From positions 28,768,001 to 28,832,000 of the forward strand of contig OX597825.1 in NCBI GenBank assembly GCA_951406725.2: a DNA stretch of 64,000 bases, read 5' to 3'. The stretch is from Octopus vulgaris (taxonomy: Eukaryota). Positions 27,989 to 41,131 of the stretch are shown here, piece by piece (the first letter of the stretch is position 1; the number at the start of each line of letters is the position of its first letter). The notes below the pieces were generated by a model. It saw nothing but the letters and a program-made list of their open reading frames with translations, made no database searches and was not told where the DNA came from. Position numbers and translations under genes: made by a program.

Positions 27989-28410
27989 TACTCTTTACTC
28001 TCTTTTACTCTTTTAATTCTTTCAGTCATTCGACTGCGGCCATGCTGGAGCACCGCCTTTAGTCGAGCAAATCGACCCCGGGACTTATTCTTTGTAAACC
28101 CAGTACTTATTCTATCGGTCTCTTTTGCCGAACCGCTAAGTGACGGGGACGTAAACACACCAGCATCGGTTGTCAAGCAATGCTAGGGGGACAAACATAG
28201 ACACACAAACACACACACACATACATATATATATATACATATATACGACAGGCTTCTTTCAGTTTCCGTCTACCAAATCCACTCACAAGACATTGGTCGG
28301 CCCGGGGCTATAGCAGAAGACACTTGCCCAAGATGCCACGCAGTGGGACTGAACCCGGAACCATGTAGTTGGTTAGCAAGCTACTTACCACACAGCCACT
28401 CCTGCGCCTA
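27989..28410 (-). mobile_element. SINE family A, full length
   Basis: Complete head, core and tail. Confidence 0.92.
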
Positions 28411-28433
28411 TATATATATATAACATACATATA

Positions 28434-28474
<41 letters not shown>

Positions 28475-28886
28475 CTTGGTTTCATGCTCTTACTTAATTG
28501 GGCTGGGGTCATTTCCAGTTAGTGGTCCCACTGTAGAATGCATACATAAGAATGGTTCACTGGTCATTCCTGTGCCAGAGGCCATGAGGCGGGTTTCCAA
28601 GATTTTATGGTATATATGATCTCCATCCCCTGGCCAACTGCAGGATTTCTCATCGGAGAAAAAGGAAGTCGTGTTCGTGAGGGTTTAAAAAGATTTTAAG
28701 TACTCGCACAGCACCGATCAAACGGTATTCCTGTGTCATTGAAAACATAAATTGGCCACTCCTCAGTACATACGAATTTCCTTCTGCATTAGCGTTCTAA
28801 TAGTACCGTGGGCATATAGCGTAGTAGTTGAGAGCGTGGGCTACTAACCCCAAGATTCCGAGTTCGATTCCAAGCAGTGACCTAAC

Positions 28887-28941
<55 letters not shown>

Positions 28942-28944
<3 letters not shown>

Positions 28945-29500
28945 GCCCTGATGCAGTACCAGGCAGTGGCTCTCATGGCTTCTGATCTTAACTGATTGGA
29001 AGTGTTATCATGTACATTGTTTTGTCTTGGTATAAAAGATGGGCTACAGCAAATATTCTGCTCAATACCTCAGATTTGCTTGTCAGTTGTTTGACCTTAA
29101 CCAGTTGAGCATGTCCCTTAGTGGCTGACGATATGTGCATCTCTGATCACGAGCAGAAGTAGTGGGGGAGCATCATAGCCATGTGTTGAGAGGGATTCTT
29201 TGGGGTTTGAATAGTTCACCTTTGGAAACACGGGTGGTTCTTTCAACATCCTTAAACAACCCTTATTCAGGGACCGTTTGAGCGGGATGGGTATACTCAA
29301 CCTGAAGAAAATTCTAACTGGGCCCCACCTGCAAGGTCATGTGCTGTTTATCTTGATACGAGATCACCATGTCGCGCACATATGGTTGTGATGCATGTGC
29401 CTGGTGTACCTTTATCAGACGGGTAGTCATGATGGGTATATTGGGCTTCGTATATTTTACCCCAGTGTCACTTTGATGGCATGAACTGCTCTCTCACTCA
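28942..29500 (+). mobile_element. Repeat family C, longest copy, in (AAT)n
   Basis: aatgccctgatgcagtacc ... ctgctctctcactc(aat)n. Confidence 0.88.
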
Positions 29501-29566
29501 ATAATAATAATAATAATAATATAACATCGAAAAAATACCTTAGGAATGAGAATCCAGGTTCTCCGA

Positions 29567-29612
29567 GACATCTGAAGAAGACTGGAGGGTATTTCAGCCA
29601 AAACGTTGTGTT
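29567..29612 (+). ncRNA. Type I hammerhead motif, mutated (G12A)
   Basis: gacat-CTGAAGAA-gactg-gagggtattt-cagcc-AAAAC-GTT-gtgtt. Confidence 0.7.
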
Positions 29613-29719
29613 GACAACAAACAAGATGAGGACAAATATCCGTTGAATATAAATAATGTACGTAATTCCTCAGCTTTTAAATGTAGAACTGAACGATGAT
29701 TATGTTATGAACTTCATTA

Positions 29720-29785
29720 GCTTACAGCTGTTTCTGTGAGAAGATGTGGCGGTTCCTAAATAACATCGTATAGCTTCATCGGAGC
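29720..29785 (-). ncRNA. Degenerate type I hammerhead motif
   Basis: gct-CCGATGAA-...gatg..catc...-GAAAC-AGCT-GTA-agc; stem II eroded. Confidence 0.5.
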
Positions 29786-29849
29786 GTCGAATATGAAATG
29801 CAAATTTGGAAATAGTATTATAGGTTATTAGTTATATATCACCAAAGTG

Positions 29850-29920
<71 letters not shown>

Positions 29921-30478
29921 TATAGCTGGATGGATGTGTATATATGTGTATATGTATGTATTTATAGATGCATATATGTATACATATACATATATGTTTG
30001 TGTGTGTATAGTAAAGGCGAGAGATAGATAAATTGATAGATACAAAAAGAGAGAGAGAAAGAGAAAAGAAAATAGAATATTTCTTCAAACTTTCGGCAGA
30101 GGAACCTAATACGTAATACAGATAACGACATAAATACCAGCACACATTAAAAAAAAAAAAAAACAGAAAAAAAAAATAATAAAACCCAGTAAACTATTTA
30201 TATCAATATACGAAACTACTTTCAATCGAGATATTCGTGAAGTGAAGTGCTTTTAGCTCCGATTATATTCATATATCCAGTGTATATATGCTGTGTTCAT
30301 AGGAGGATACATAAATACAAGACATACAATAACTGCATACATACGTGGATATATACATACATACATGCATATGGTATATGTAAATATATATATATATATA
30401 TATACATATATATACAGTATATGTTTGTATATGTATGTATTTATATATTCATATTTGCATATATACATACGCTTATTA

Positions 30479-30522
<44 letters not shown>

Positions 30523-31017
30523 CATTATTATTATTATTATTACATTGTATTATACTATATTATTATTACGCACATGTCGGTATAGAATTTCTGGTAGAGA
30601 GAACGCGAAATTATTATTCACTGCTAAATTTAGCTGAAATACCATTAGTCAAAGCGAGGATGATTTTTATATCTATGTTGTGTAATGTGGGCACAATTTG
30701 TTTATATCTTTTTCTTTGTTATTTCGTTGTTTTTTCCCTTTTTTTATTACTTAAAAACACTCTGGTCTTTAATCTTCTTATTTCTATTTTGTGTACACAC
30801 TCACGTTTATACTCCATACCTGCATGTACACAAAGACATTTTGCCACACCCTTATATGTCTGTGTGTGTGTATGTGTGTGTGCGCATGTGTGTGTGTGCG
30901 CATGTGTGTGTGTGTGTGTATGTATTTGTATGTGAGTGTGCATGCACGCGAGTATGTGTGGATGTGTATATAAATAGCTATTATATAGATAAAAAGATAG
31001 ACAGCTAAATAGATGTG

Positions 31018-31243
<226 letters not shown>

Positions 31244-33143
31244 TGTTTCTTTATTAGCCACAGAGGGCTCCACACAAACGGGACAAATTTCTAGGTAGAG
31301 CTTTTCTTTTTGGGGATAAAAAAAGGGGGTTTGGTTTTCGATAGATAGATAGACAGATAGTTAGATAGATAGACATGTGCATCCATCTATAGCCTGTTAT
31401 GCTCATATACGCATTCAGAAAATGTGTTTAACATATATATTGAAATTACAGGTTTAGAATAGGGTCCAGTGTAATCTCTCCTAAGCCAACTCTCCTAAAA
31501 ACTTTCAGGCCTTGTGGCTATAGTAAAAAGAGTTACTCTTTTCGAGTTTCTGCGCAAAAAGATCAAACACAACTGACTTCTTCCTTTTAGGACCGATATA
31601 TAAACGTACCAGTTCAGGGCTGTTGATCGACGAAGCTGTTGGGGCATCGTCGCAGAGACTTTGCAGTACCTGCTTCCGCTCTGTGCATTTTAACGGCAAC
31701 ACATGTGACAGTATTAATAACAAGTTGTATCGGCTTGGTTTCCCATTGTGTAATATCGGTAGCATGGAAAGAAGAAAACGGTATGACTGACCAACTACTA
31801 GTTCCACAAGAAATATTGCTCAGGTTGCATCTCAAAGAAATGTCCAGGCAAAGTTACTGGGAAGTCTACAACAGAGCTTGTTTTACATATATTAAGAAAG
31901 AGAACAAAACAACTGTATCATTTGCAGTGTGTTTGTTCCACCCCATTCAGATAACAGTTAAGTCAAACCTAGCCAACTTAGGGACTAACCTTTTGCTCAC
32001 TGTACGGGCGTGTGCCGAACGATTTCACTCTCTGTCCACTCTCGTGCTTGCTTGGCAGACGGCATCACCATGCCTGTAGAATCTATCACGAGCCAAAAAA
32101 TCCTCCAAACATCCGTGTATCACTGTCAGTCCAAGGATTAATAGAAATTATCAAGGAAACGTACGTGTCAATAGATAGACAACGAAGAAAATAGTGCAAT
32201 CCTTACAAAACTACGAAACAGCAAAATCAACGCCGGGGTCAACCGAGCCCAGCAATAAGCCTACTTACAAAATGAAATTTTGCTGTGATGGTCGCAATTT
32301 TAAATCTTAGTCCTGTTCACTCGGTCATGGAGAGAGTGGGATTAAAAACTAAGAACATCTAAGAAGACGTCTGAGTTTTTTTATTCTGTTCTATTTTTTC
32401 TATTTTTTTTCCATTTTAATTTCAGCTGTTTTTTTTTAATACTAGAAAATATAGAAAGCATTGGAAGATGGCTGAGATGATAAAAACGGCTCCACCGATG
32501 AAGACAGAGCATTATAGAATTATAATATCGAATTGTTCAAGACCAGCTGTTTTTAAGAACGTACTTTGATACTTAAAATACTTTAAGTATATAACAATTT
32601 TCTGTAGCCAGATGTAACGTTACGCCTTATGCACACACACACATACACACACACACACACATACACACGCAGACAGACAGAGGTGTGTGTATGGTTGTAT
32701 TTTATATTGATTCACTTTTTTCTTGTCAAGATGTAAATTTCAATAATTATCGATAACTATTGATAATTAGTATCAAATTACCAATAATTAGCAAATTTAT
32801 ATCAAATTATTGATATTAAGTTACATTTGAATTTTTCCTCTCTGACCATGAATAATTTAAACACAGCATCTATTTATTCATTTTATTTGTATTAGTTTTT
32901 TAAAAATTTTATTTTGATATTTAATATTAATATTTCGTTGGGTTTCTTTTGTTAAATACAATTTCACATTTCTTTCATTCTTCCTTTCTCTCCCTATCTC
33001 TCTCTCTTTCTCTCTTTCTCCCTTCCTTCCTCTCTCTCTCTCTCAATCTTACTCTCCGTATACGTAAGTCTGAGTACTTGTATGTATTTGCAAACGCACT
33101 CACACACATAGAAAGTGTGTGCGTATGTGTATGTGTGTGTGTA

Positions 33144-33176
<33 letters not shown>

Positions 33177-33803
33177 AAGGTAGATACATATAGATATATA
33201 TCGATAGATATGTGGCGTAGGCATAGCTGTATGGTAAAAATCTTGCTTCCCAACTACATACTTCCGGGTTCAGTCCCACTTCGTGGCATTATGGGCGGGT
33301 TTCTTCTATAACCTCGGGTCGATTATAAACCTTATGAATGGATTTGGCAGAAGGAAACTGAAAGATGCTCATCTCACACACACACACACACACACGCACA
33401 CACACAGAGAAACACATACATACTCATACACATACACACATATATGCATGCATGTATGTTTGTGTGTGTGCATGCGTTTATGTTGCGTTTGTCTCTTGCC
33501 ACTGGATGGAGTTCTTTTGTTTACATCATCGCTATGTCATTGCTCCTCGGGTAATGTCGTGTATGTTCTATAATTCCATGGCTGTACTTTAAGATATTAC
33601 AATGCATCACCTGAAAAGCTCATTTGTAATTCAATAGTTATGAATTAGAATTTTAAATACTGTTTAGCATTGGCTTCTGTGTTAAGTATTTGTGTATGTT
33701 CTTGAGGTGAATTATGAGTATGTGTGTGTGTGAGAGAGAGGTGCTTGTTTGTATGCGTTAGCGAGAGTGCGTTAAAACGGTCAAATGACATGTAGCTGTT
33801 TAT

Positions 33804-34034
33804 TATTTTTTTTATTGCCCACAAGGGACTAAACATAGAGGGGACAAACAAGGACAAAGGGATTAAGTCGATTACATCGACCCCAGTGCATAACTGGTAC
33901 TTAATTTATCGACCCCGAAAGGATGAAAGGCAAAGTCGACCTCGGCGGAATTTGAACTCAGAACGTAACGGCAGATGAAATAGGGCTAAGCATTTCGCCC
34001 AGCGTGCTAACGTTTCTGCCAGTTCGCCGCCTTT
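33804..34034 (-). mobile_element. SINE family D, full length, with 14-bp target-site duplication
   Basis: atgtagctgtttat at 33790-33803 and 34035-34048. Confidence 0.9.
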
Positions 34035-35928
34035 ATGTAGCTGTTTATGCAAGCAAATCTACCTTCACTTTGGATAAACCTCTGCACGGAACTGAGGTTT
34101 ATCCAAAGTGAAGGTCGCCGATTTGGACAGTACAGCTTGGTGCTCCAGCCAGAACGCAAGAAAAAAACAAAGCAAGAAATAAACAGAAGCCATAGACATC
34201 TCATTCAAGCTTCTGACACCTTCGCCAATCCACCGACCTGTATTGATGGATTTCTCTCAACCCTGAAAGAATGAAAAGCAAAGTAGCGTTGGCAGAATTC
34301 GCACTCTGAGTACAGAAAATCATAGCTTGTACCACGAGAGGTTCTATCCAGGACTTCAAGAACTTTGGCAATTCGATCTATTTTGCTTTTATGCATAATT
34401 ATTCTGAAACCATGTCTAGCAAATTTATTCTTAATACGTTCTGGAAAATGTGCTAGTTACCCTTTTGAGCCTCATTGAAGAACAACTTCTCCCATTTACG
34501 ATGACAGTTTGCTCAAAAGCCATTCGGTTTATTGATGCAGTGGATTCTGTGACATCGGTATCGACATTTTTTGTCTCATCGTTCAGAAATACCAGAACCT
34601 TTAAGCTTAAACAAACAACTGTGGCTTTGTGTATAACTTCAGCGAACAAAACCGTTTGCTGATCAGTGCTTGTATCGGCCAATAGGTCGAGTGTGTGTTA
34701 TGAATACACTGTCCTCTAAGTTGTTATCCAGGGGCGTACACCCCAACAGATAGCATATTTGGAGTTTGAATCTGCCAGAACGAATTAAGGATAAATACGA
34801 AAATCATCGCGATCGATCTCACTGTACACAGTGCAAATAATGGGTTTAGATTCCGAAACAGCTCTGCGATATTTTTAAGAGGAGGTCACTCTGATGCCAG
34901 AATTATACAACTTTCAAATGAATAAAAATATAATGAATAATTTTTATTTCTGTATACAATCGATAAGATAATGTTTATAGTATCTAAAATATAAGTCTGT
35001 AAAGTGCATTGAATTTGTTACAGGCTTTCTAATTCACGTTGTGTTGAGCATAAATGTCTATTTATCACACCACCGACAATCAAATACTATATAAATTCGT
35101 CTGGCCATTATAATTATCTCGTGTTTCTTTTTTCTTTTTCTTTTTTAGAATAGATAATTACTATGATTTCTCTCAGTAATAAGAAAGCTAGGCGGAGACT
35201 TATCCTGCGATGAGTGAACAATGAAGTGTGAAACAAGCCAAGACACTCACCTTGATTTTTGTACATAGATGATGCTAAGATGTATTTATATGTATTTAAA
35301 TTCCACATTGAAATACATTAAAGCCGCAATTTATTTTTAAATTTATCTTAAGCGTTTTTAAAATAATGCTGATCAATTTTTGGTCAGCTGAGCGAGATCA
35401 TCAAATTATTTAAACTAGCTGGTTTTTAAAGATAATTTTACGTAACGTATATTTGCTGGCGGCGTGATACAATTATGAATAATTATTTATGCTTAATCAT
35501 GGGTATATTAGAAAGCCTGAGACAGATTTAGAGCAGTCAGTGACTGAGCATTCCACAAGCAGGTGTGCTTTTGTCGTAATGTTCAAGCAAAGTCTGTGTG
35601 GCGCACAGAGTGATAAGGCTTTATCTTCGAATTGCAAGTAAAATCCATGTGACGAATTTTTAATTGAGTTGACAACTGCACAATTTCACTCACAAAGTAA
35701 GGGTTGATCCGAGGCCAAAGAAAATAATTTTTTTCAAGCCGCTACACAATGAGGATCGAACGAGAGATCAAGGAGTTCCGAAGCGAACTTATTAAGTATT
35801 CGACAATAATATGTTTATACAAATGTATATACACCCGCACACATACACACATATAGATATAAAATCATACATACAATCATAAATACATACATATATATAT
35901 ATATGTATGTATTTACACATTGATTTTG

Positions 35929-35965
<37 letters not shown>

Positions 35966-35971
35966 ATATAT

Positions 35972-36925
35972 ATATAAATTAATAAATTAATAAAATATAT
36001 GCATATATACATACATATATGTACGTACCTACCTCTACATGTATATATACATGCATATATGGGTACAGGACACCAAAAAAAAAAAAAAAACGTCGAACAC
36101 AATGAGTAACGAAAACATAAACACAAAACCAAGGAAATGGACATTTTTTTGACGGAGTTCAAGAAAGAAAAGACAGAAATAGGCGTCTCATCACATGACC
36201 GCGATGAGAGGGAGGAGGAGGAGTAAGAGAAGGGGAGAGAAAAGAAGAGAGAAAAGAGAGAAAAGAAGGGGAATGGTGGTAGAGAAAAAGAAAAGAATGA
36301 AGAATGAGAGAGAGAGGGAGAGAGAGAGAGACAGTAAGTGGAAGAAAAGGAAAGCCCAAATAATGAAGGCTGAGAAAGGCAGGGGTTCTTGAACTCCGTC
36401 AAGTAGAGACGTTAACCTGTTCTCTCTCGTGTCTCAAACAATAGCGTTCGTAAATATTTTTTATCTCGTTTGGCTTAACAGCCCTTCTTGTTTGTGCTAC
36501 TGTTATTCTCCGTGTCCTGTCTTTTACTGTTTGTATTTTTTGTACTGTCGTTACTATCCTGTTTTTGGTCCATTTTTACCCCTCCGCAAAAAAACCTCAA
36601 ATTTTATTTAATTTGATTTTCGCGGGAAGGAAAATTTCATCGAAGACATGTATCGCCTTGACCTTCAAACCGTGGAGTAGATGAAATTAAGGCGACTGAA
36701 GAAGGGGAATTTTCCTTGTTTTGTATGTCCTGTAACCTATTTTTTCGTTGTTTTTTAAAAAATGTCCATTTCCTTGGTTTTGTGTTTATGTTTTCGTTTC
36801 TCATTGTGTTCGACATTTTTTTGGTGTCCTGTACCCATATATGCATGTATATATACATGTAGAGGTAGGTACGTACATATATGTATGTATATATGCATAT
36901 ATTTTATTAATTTATTAATTTATTA
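35972..36925 (+). mobile_element. Rearranged PLE-like non-coding element with inverted copy of its 3' end
   Basis: About 175-bp inverted repeat (35974-36150 vs 36757-36923), inner 17-bp inverted repeat (36149-36165 vs 36386-36402), HHR-like motif; homologue at 52702-53260. Confidence 0.7.
36627..36717 (+). ncRNA. Type II-topology hammerhead-like motif with GAAG core
   Basis: aaggaaaatttcatc-GAAG-ACATGT-A-tcgccttga-loop-ttaaggcga-CTGAAGAA-ggggaattttcctt. Confidence 0.65.
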
Positions 36926-36963
36926 TATGACAGAACGCACGCATCCCTTTCTAAGTAAGATTG

Positions 36964-37013
<50 letters not shown>

Positions 37014-37837
37014 GGAAAGAGAGAAAGAGTAAGAGAGACGGATATAAACATGTACATTCATATAACATATAATAAGAGAGAGATACACATATATACACAC
37101 TTAAGTATACACATGCGTAACATACCTACATATACATATACATATACATATATACTTACAGAACAAATACTACAGACAGTGACGTTATTGTTGGAATCAT
37201 TGTTTCGTAATGCTTTTTTAAAAATAGTTTTGTTCTGCGATTCAACTTCAAGAAATTATGAAAATTAATTTTGCTGTTCTAAAATCTTCCAAGTGTACGA
37301 AACTTTATCGAAACGTTAATGAAACAAAGCATTAAGAAAAACAAACAAGACAATTTTAGCAATGCTGACTGCATATTAAAATAAATAATGATAAAATGAA
37401 AAGTAAATAAATTAATAAATAAACGAATCTACACCATGTTATTACAAAGAATTCAATCATTCTTTCTTCAGTTTTCCTTCTCTTGTGACGCCAAAAATCT
37501 TTTCATTCGTAATTCTTTCTACAAACATGATGTTCACCGCAAAAATAAATAGAATTACACGCACGCGGCCTCACATACATACACACGCGCACACACATAC
37601 ATATATGCTGTACGAAGATTAACTGATTATATAAAATAGTAACCAACGAGCAACTGACAAGAACCGAACATACTTTCAGCCAAAATTACATCGGTAATTA
37701 ACAAATTAAGGCGACGAATTGGCAGGAAAGTTAACATTGTCGGACAGAATTTTTTGTGTTAGTTATTTCAGTTCGCTGTGCTCTGAGTTCAAATCAGGCC
37801 AAGAGCGACTTTCCGAGTCGATAAAGTATCCATCGAG

Positions 37838-38255
37838 TACCTATTTCTTTATTACCCACAAGGGGCTAAACATAGAGGGAACAAACAAGGACAGACATAG
37901 GTATTAAGTCGATTACATCGACCCCAGTGCGTAACTGGTACTTAATTTATCGACCCCGAAAGGATGAAAGGTAAAGTCGACCTCGGCGGAATTTGAACTC
38001 ACAACGTAATGGCAGACGAATACCTATTTCTATTTCTTTATTACCCACAAGGGGCTAAACATAGAGGGGACAAACAAGGACAGACATAGGTATTAAGTTG
38101 ATTACATCGACCCCAGTGCGTAACTGGTACTTAATTTATCGTCCCCGAAAGGATGAAAGGTAAAGTCGACCTCGGCGGAATTTGAACGTAATGGCAGACG
38201 AAATACCGCTAAGCATTTCGCCCGACGTGCTAACGATTCTGCCAGCTCCCTGCCT
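37838..38255 (-). mobile_element. Head-to-tail dimer of SINE family D inside an older + strand D copy (37709-37840)
   Basis: About 185-bp unit repeated (37838-38020, 38021-38205), then the head to 38255. Confidence 0.88.
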
Positions 38256-38419
38256 CGGGATCGTTTCTTCTATTTCATGTGTCTCCAGAAGAAATTGGTT
38301 GTGAGCAGACCGAGACGTAGAAAGGGATGTGTTCTACATTAGTGAGATGTCCTAAATACACAATATGTCATGAATGGAACCAAAGAATATATTCATGGGT
38401 TGAAGGACCACGATAAGAT

Positions 38420-38730
38420 TGTTCCTTCTTCATTTGTTTGTTCCTTTCGAGCCATGCCTGGCTCATAAGAGCCGGGTTCCCGGTTTCCCGGTTTCCGTGG
38501 CGTATAGGTTCCCCACCTGGACGGGACTCCGGTCCGTCGCGGGTGAGCTTCAAGATGCAGGAGGAAAGAGTGAGAGAAAGTTGTGGCGAAAGAGTCAGCA
38601 GAAGTTCACCATTACCTTCTGTCGGAGTGGAGCTTAGCTCATAAACACACACATCGCCCGGTCTGAGATTTGAACCCGCGATCCCCCGACCGCGAGTCCG
38701 CTGTCTAACCACTAGGCCATGTGCCTCCAC
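38420..38730 (-). mobile_element. SINE family E with 13-bp target-site duplication
   Basis: Head gtggaggcacatggcctagtggttag..gcgggttcaaatctc; accacgataagat at 38407-38419 and 38731-38743. Confidence 0.88.
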
Positions 38731-39161
38731 ACCACGATAAGATGAAGCACAATGGAAATTTTTATTCATATCATTATTAGGGATGGTAAAAGCAGTGATG
38801 TGAAAGAATCATTAGCACGTCTGTTATAATGCCTTGTGTCATTACTTTTGGCTTTACGTCAAATGTAGTCGAAAACCCCATCATAAAAAAAATATTAAAT
38901 TTATTCACTTGTGCCTAAATAGCTAACTGTTATAAAGGTGGCGGCTTCGAAGAATCGATAGGCAATCAACAAAACGATTTGAGGGTTTTTTGTTCCAACC
39001 CATTATAGTCTAAATTCAAATTTTATCGTTGTCATCTTTGCCTTGCATCCACTTGTAAATCGATAAAATAGGGTAACAGTTAATCACCGGCGTCGATTTA
39101 ATAGATCTCCCCGCTTCCTAATATATCTGGATTTGTGCTTCTACTAAAAACTTATTAATAT

Positions 39162-39162
39162 G

Positions 39163-39227
<65 letters not shown>

Positions 39228-39286
39228 CATTATTATTATTATTATTATTATTATTGTTATTATTATTATTGTTATTGTTGTTGTTG

Positions 39287-39339
<53 letters not shown>

Positions 39340-39351
39340 ATTATTATTATT
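39162..39351. repeat. (ATT)n microsatellite
   Basis: Direct reading. Confidence 0.97.
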
Positions 39352-39650
39352 CGCTTGGCGTTTTTTAGAGACTGGGACGATTTTTTCTCTTATTTTCATT
39401 TTAAATTGAAACACCAAGCCGGAAATAATCACATCCAGTTACACCTGCCTGTTATTAAAAATATTTTTCTCATTCTTAGAAAAGTTTCATCAGAATTTAA
39501 TTAATTTTATTCCATTTATTAATTTTCTTTCATTTTCATTTAATTTATTCTTTGCTCTTATTTTTCTGAGTAATTCTTGATTTGCAACATAAAAGCGAAA
39601 CTTATACAAATATATGCATGCATACATGCATACATACATACATACATACA

Positions 39651-39683
<33 letters not shown>

Positions 39684-39716
39684 GTATGTATGTGTATATG
39701 TATATATAAGCATGTA

Positions 39717-39753
<37 letters not shown>

Positions 39754-39756
39754 CTT

Positions 39757-39821
<65 letters not shown>

Positions 39822-40019
39822 GGAGGGGAAAGAAATAGGAGAGAAAGCAGGTGAAGAGAAAATAGAGAGATACATATAGAGCTGGATGATAGAGAGAAAG
39901 TTTAAGATGTTAGTTTTCTTAATGTACTTCAATGCGTTGGAGACAGTCATGTCTTTGTATGGATCAGTACACGTGCAAACCTTTCGATATTTTTCTCACA
40001 AAGTTACCGAAAGTAAAAA

Positions 40020-40860
40020 GCAATATTGAAATGAATCTGGATTGCTAAGGTTGACAGATTATATTATCATGGAGAAATCTTGCAGGCGCCCGTTCAATTT
40101 TGTTTTTCTTTCGCAATTTAATATTCATGGTGGGCAAAGTTCTATATTCAAAAGACGTCATATACACAATTTTAAAGCAATCAACGAAACTCAAATATCT
40201 CCCTCCCGTATATTCAACACCATCAATTGCACAAACCATTATATTCTCACGTGGTATATTGTTTTCCTTGAAATCAATCTTAATTTCTTCAAAAATTGCT
40301 TCACCTATGGTACACGTTGAAAGCCTTCCAGCAAAAAGCAATTTGTCGTGGCTTGATTATCATCGAAAACCTTACACATTCCATTACAAGGACATCATTA
40401 TTCTTTAAAACATATTCATCGATTGGTAGGGCAAACTACTTCATTTACGAGATGTTTTTTTTCTTCTGCAATATCAGCAATTTCATTATTGCACCTCGAT
40501 AATGACCAGTTGCTGCAAGGGATAACCTTCGTAATTTCATGTGCAATCTGCTTCACGAGAGTTGAAATCACAATGGATACCGCAACAGAATTGAAGTTTC
40601 AACGCTATTATATACATTGCTAGCTTTCGCTATTTTCTTCGGGGGAAAAAATCAGAAGATGCAAGTAAACCATTGTTTACTTGAAATACTTCTTCCAAAA
40701 GTATTTGAATCAATGCTCGGAAACGTTTTCCAGTTTTTTTAAAAAACTATTGCAGTAATTTCTGCATCTTACTACATTTTAACACTAAATAATAGTCACG
40801 CATTGTCGTATATACGACAAGTTATCTTCTTAAAGTTCACTCGTGGTACAGTGAACCTGC
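40020..40860 (-). pseudogene. Decayed hAT (Charlie/Buster-like) transposase
   Basis: LSTCTIGEAIFEEIKIDFKENNIPRENIMVCAIDG..GRY..F, plus upstream remnants IAKA.., ITKVIP.., FALPIDE.., VRF; multiple disruptions. Confidence 0.75.
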
Positions 40861-41097
40861 AAATAAAATGTTCAAAAGCATGTTTATCAGTATTCCGTTA
40901 CTTATTGTTTTATGCCCTATCCTTGAATAATATGTAAGAACAAAAGTGAGAACAATGAATATCACCCACTCACTTCAATAAAACATATCAACATAGTATT
41001 TTTTTTTATCAAATAGGATTTCTAAGTGTATTTACATGATATTTTATGTATAACACAGATTTATAAACTGTTCTGTAAAAATTTATACCGGAGGTCT

Positions 41098-41131
<34 letters not shown>

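Larger units (their letters stand above)
28810..29691 (+). mobile_element. tRNA-headed, hammerhead-tailed SINE, copy 1 (interrupted by family C)
   Basis: Head gggcatatagcgtagtagttgagagcgtgggctactaaccccaagattccgagttcgattcc, (AAT)n, tail aaaaataccttaggaatgagaa..HHR..taaatgtagaactg; same head and tail in 41423-42063. Confidence 0.75.

Noticed and set aside
28942-29010. HDV-like ribozyme at the 5' end of family C
   Set aside because: A short tgccctg/caggca pairing exists, but I could not build the nested double pseudoknot.
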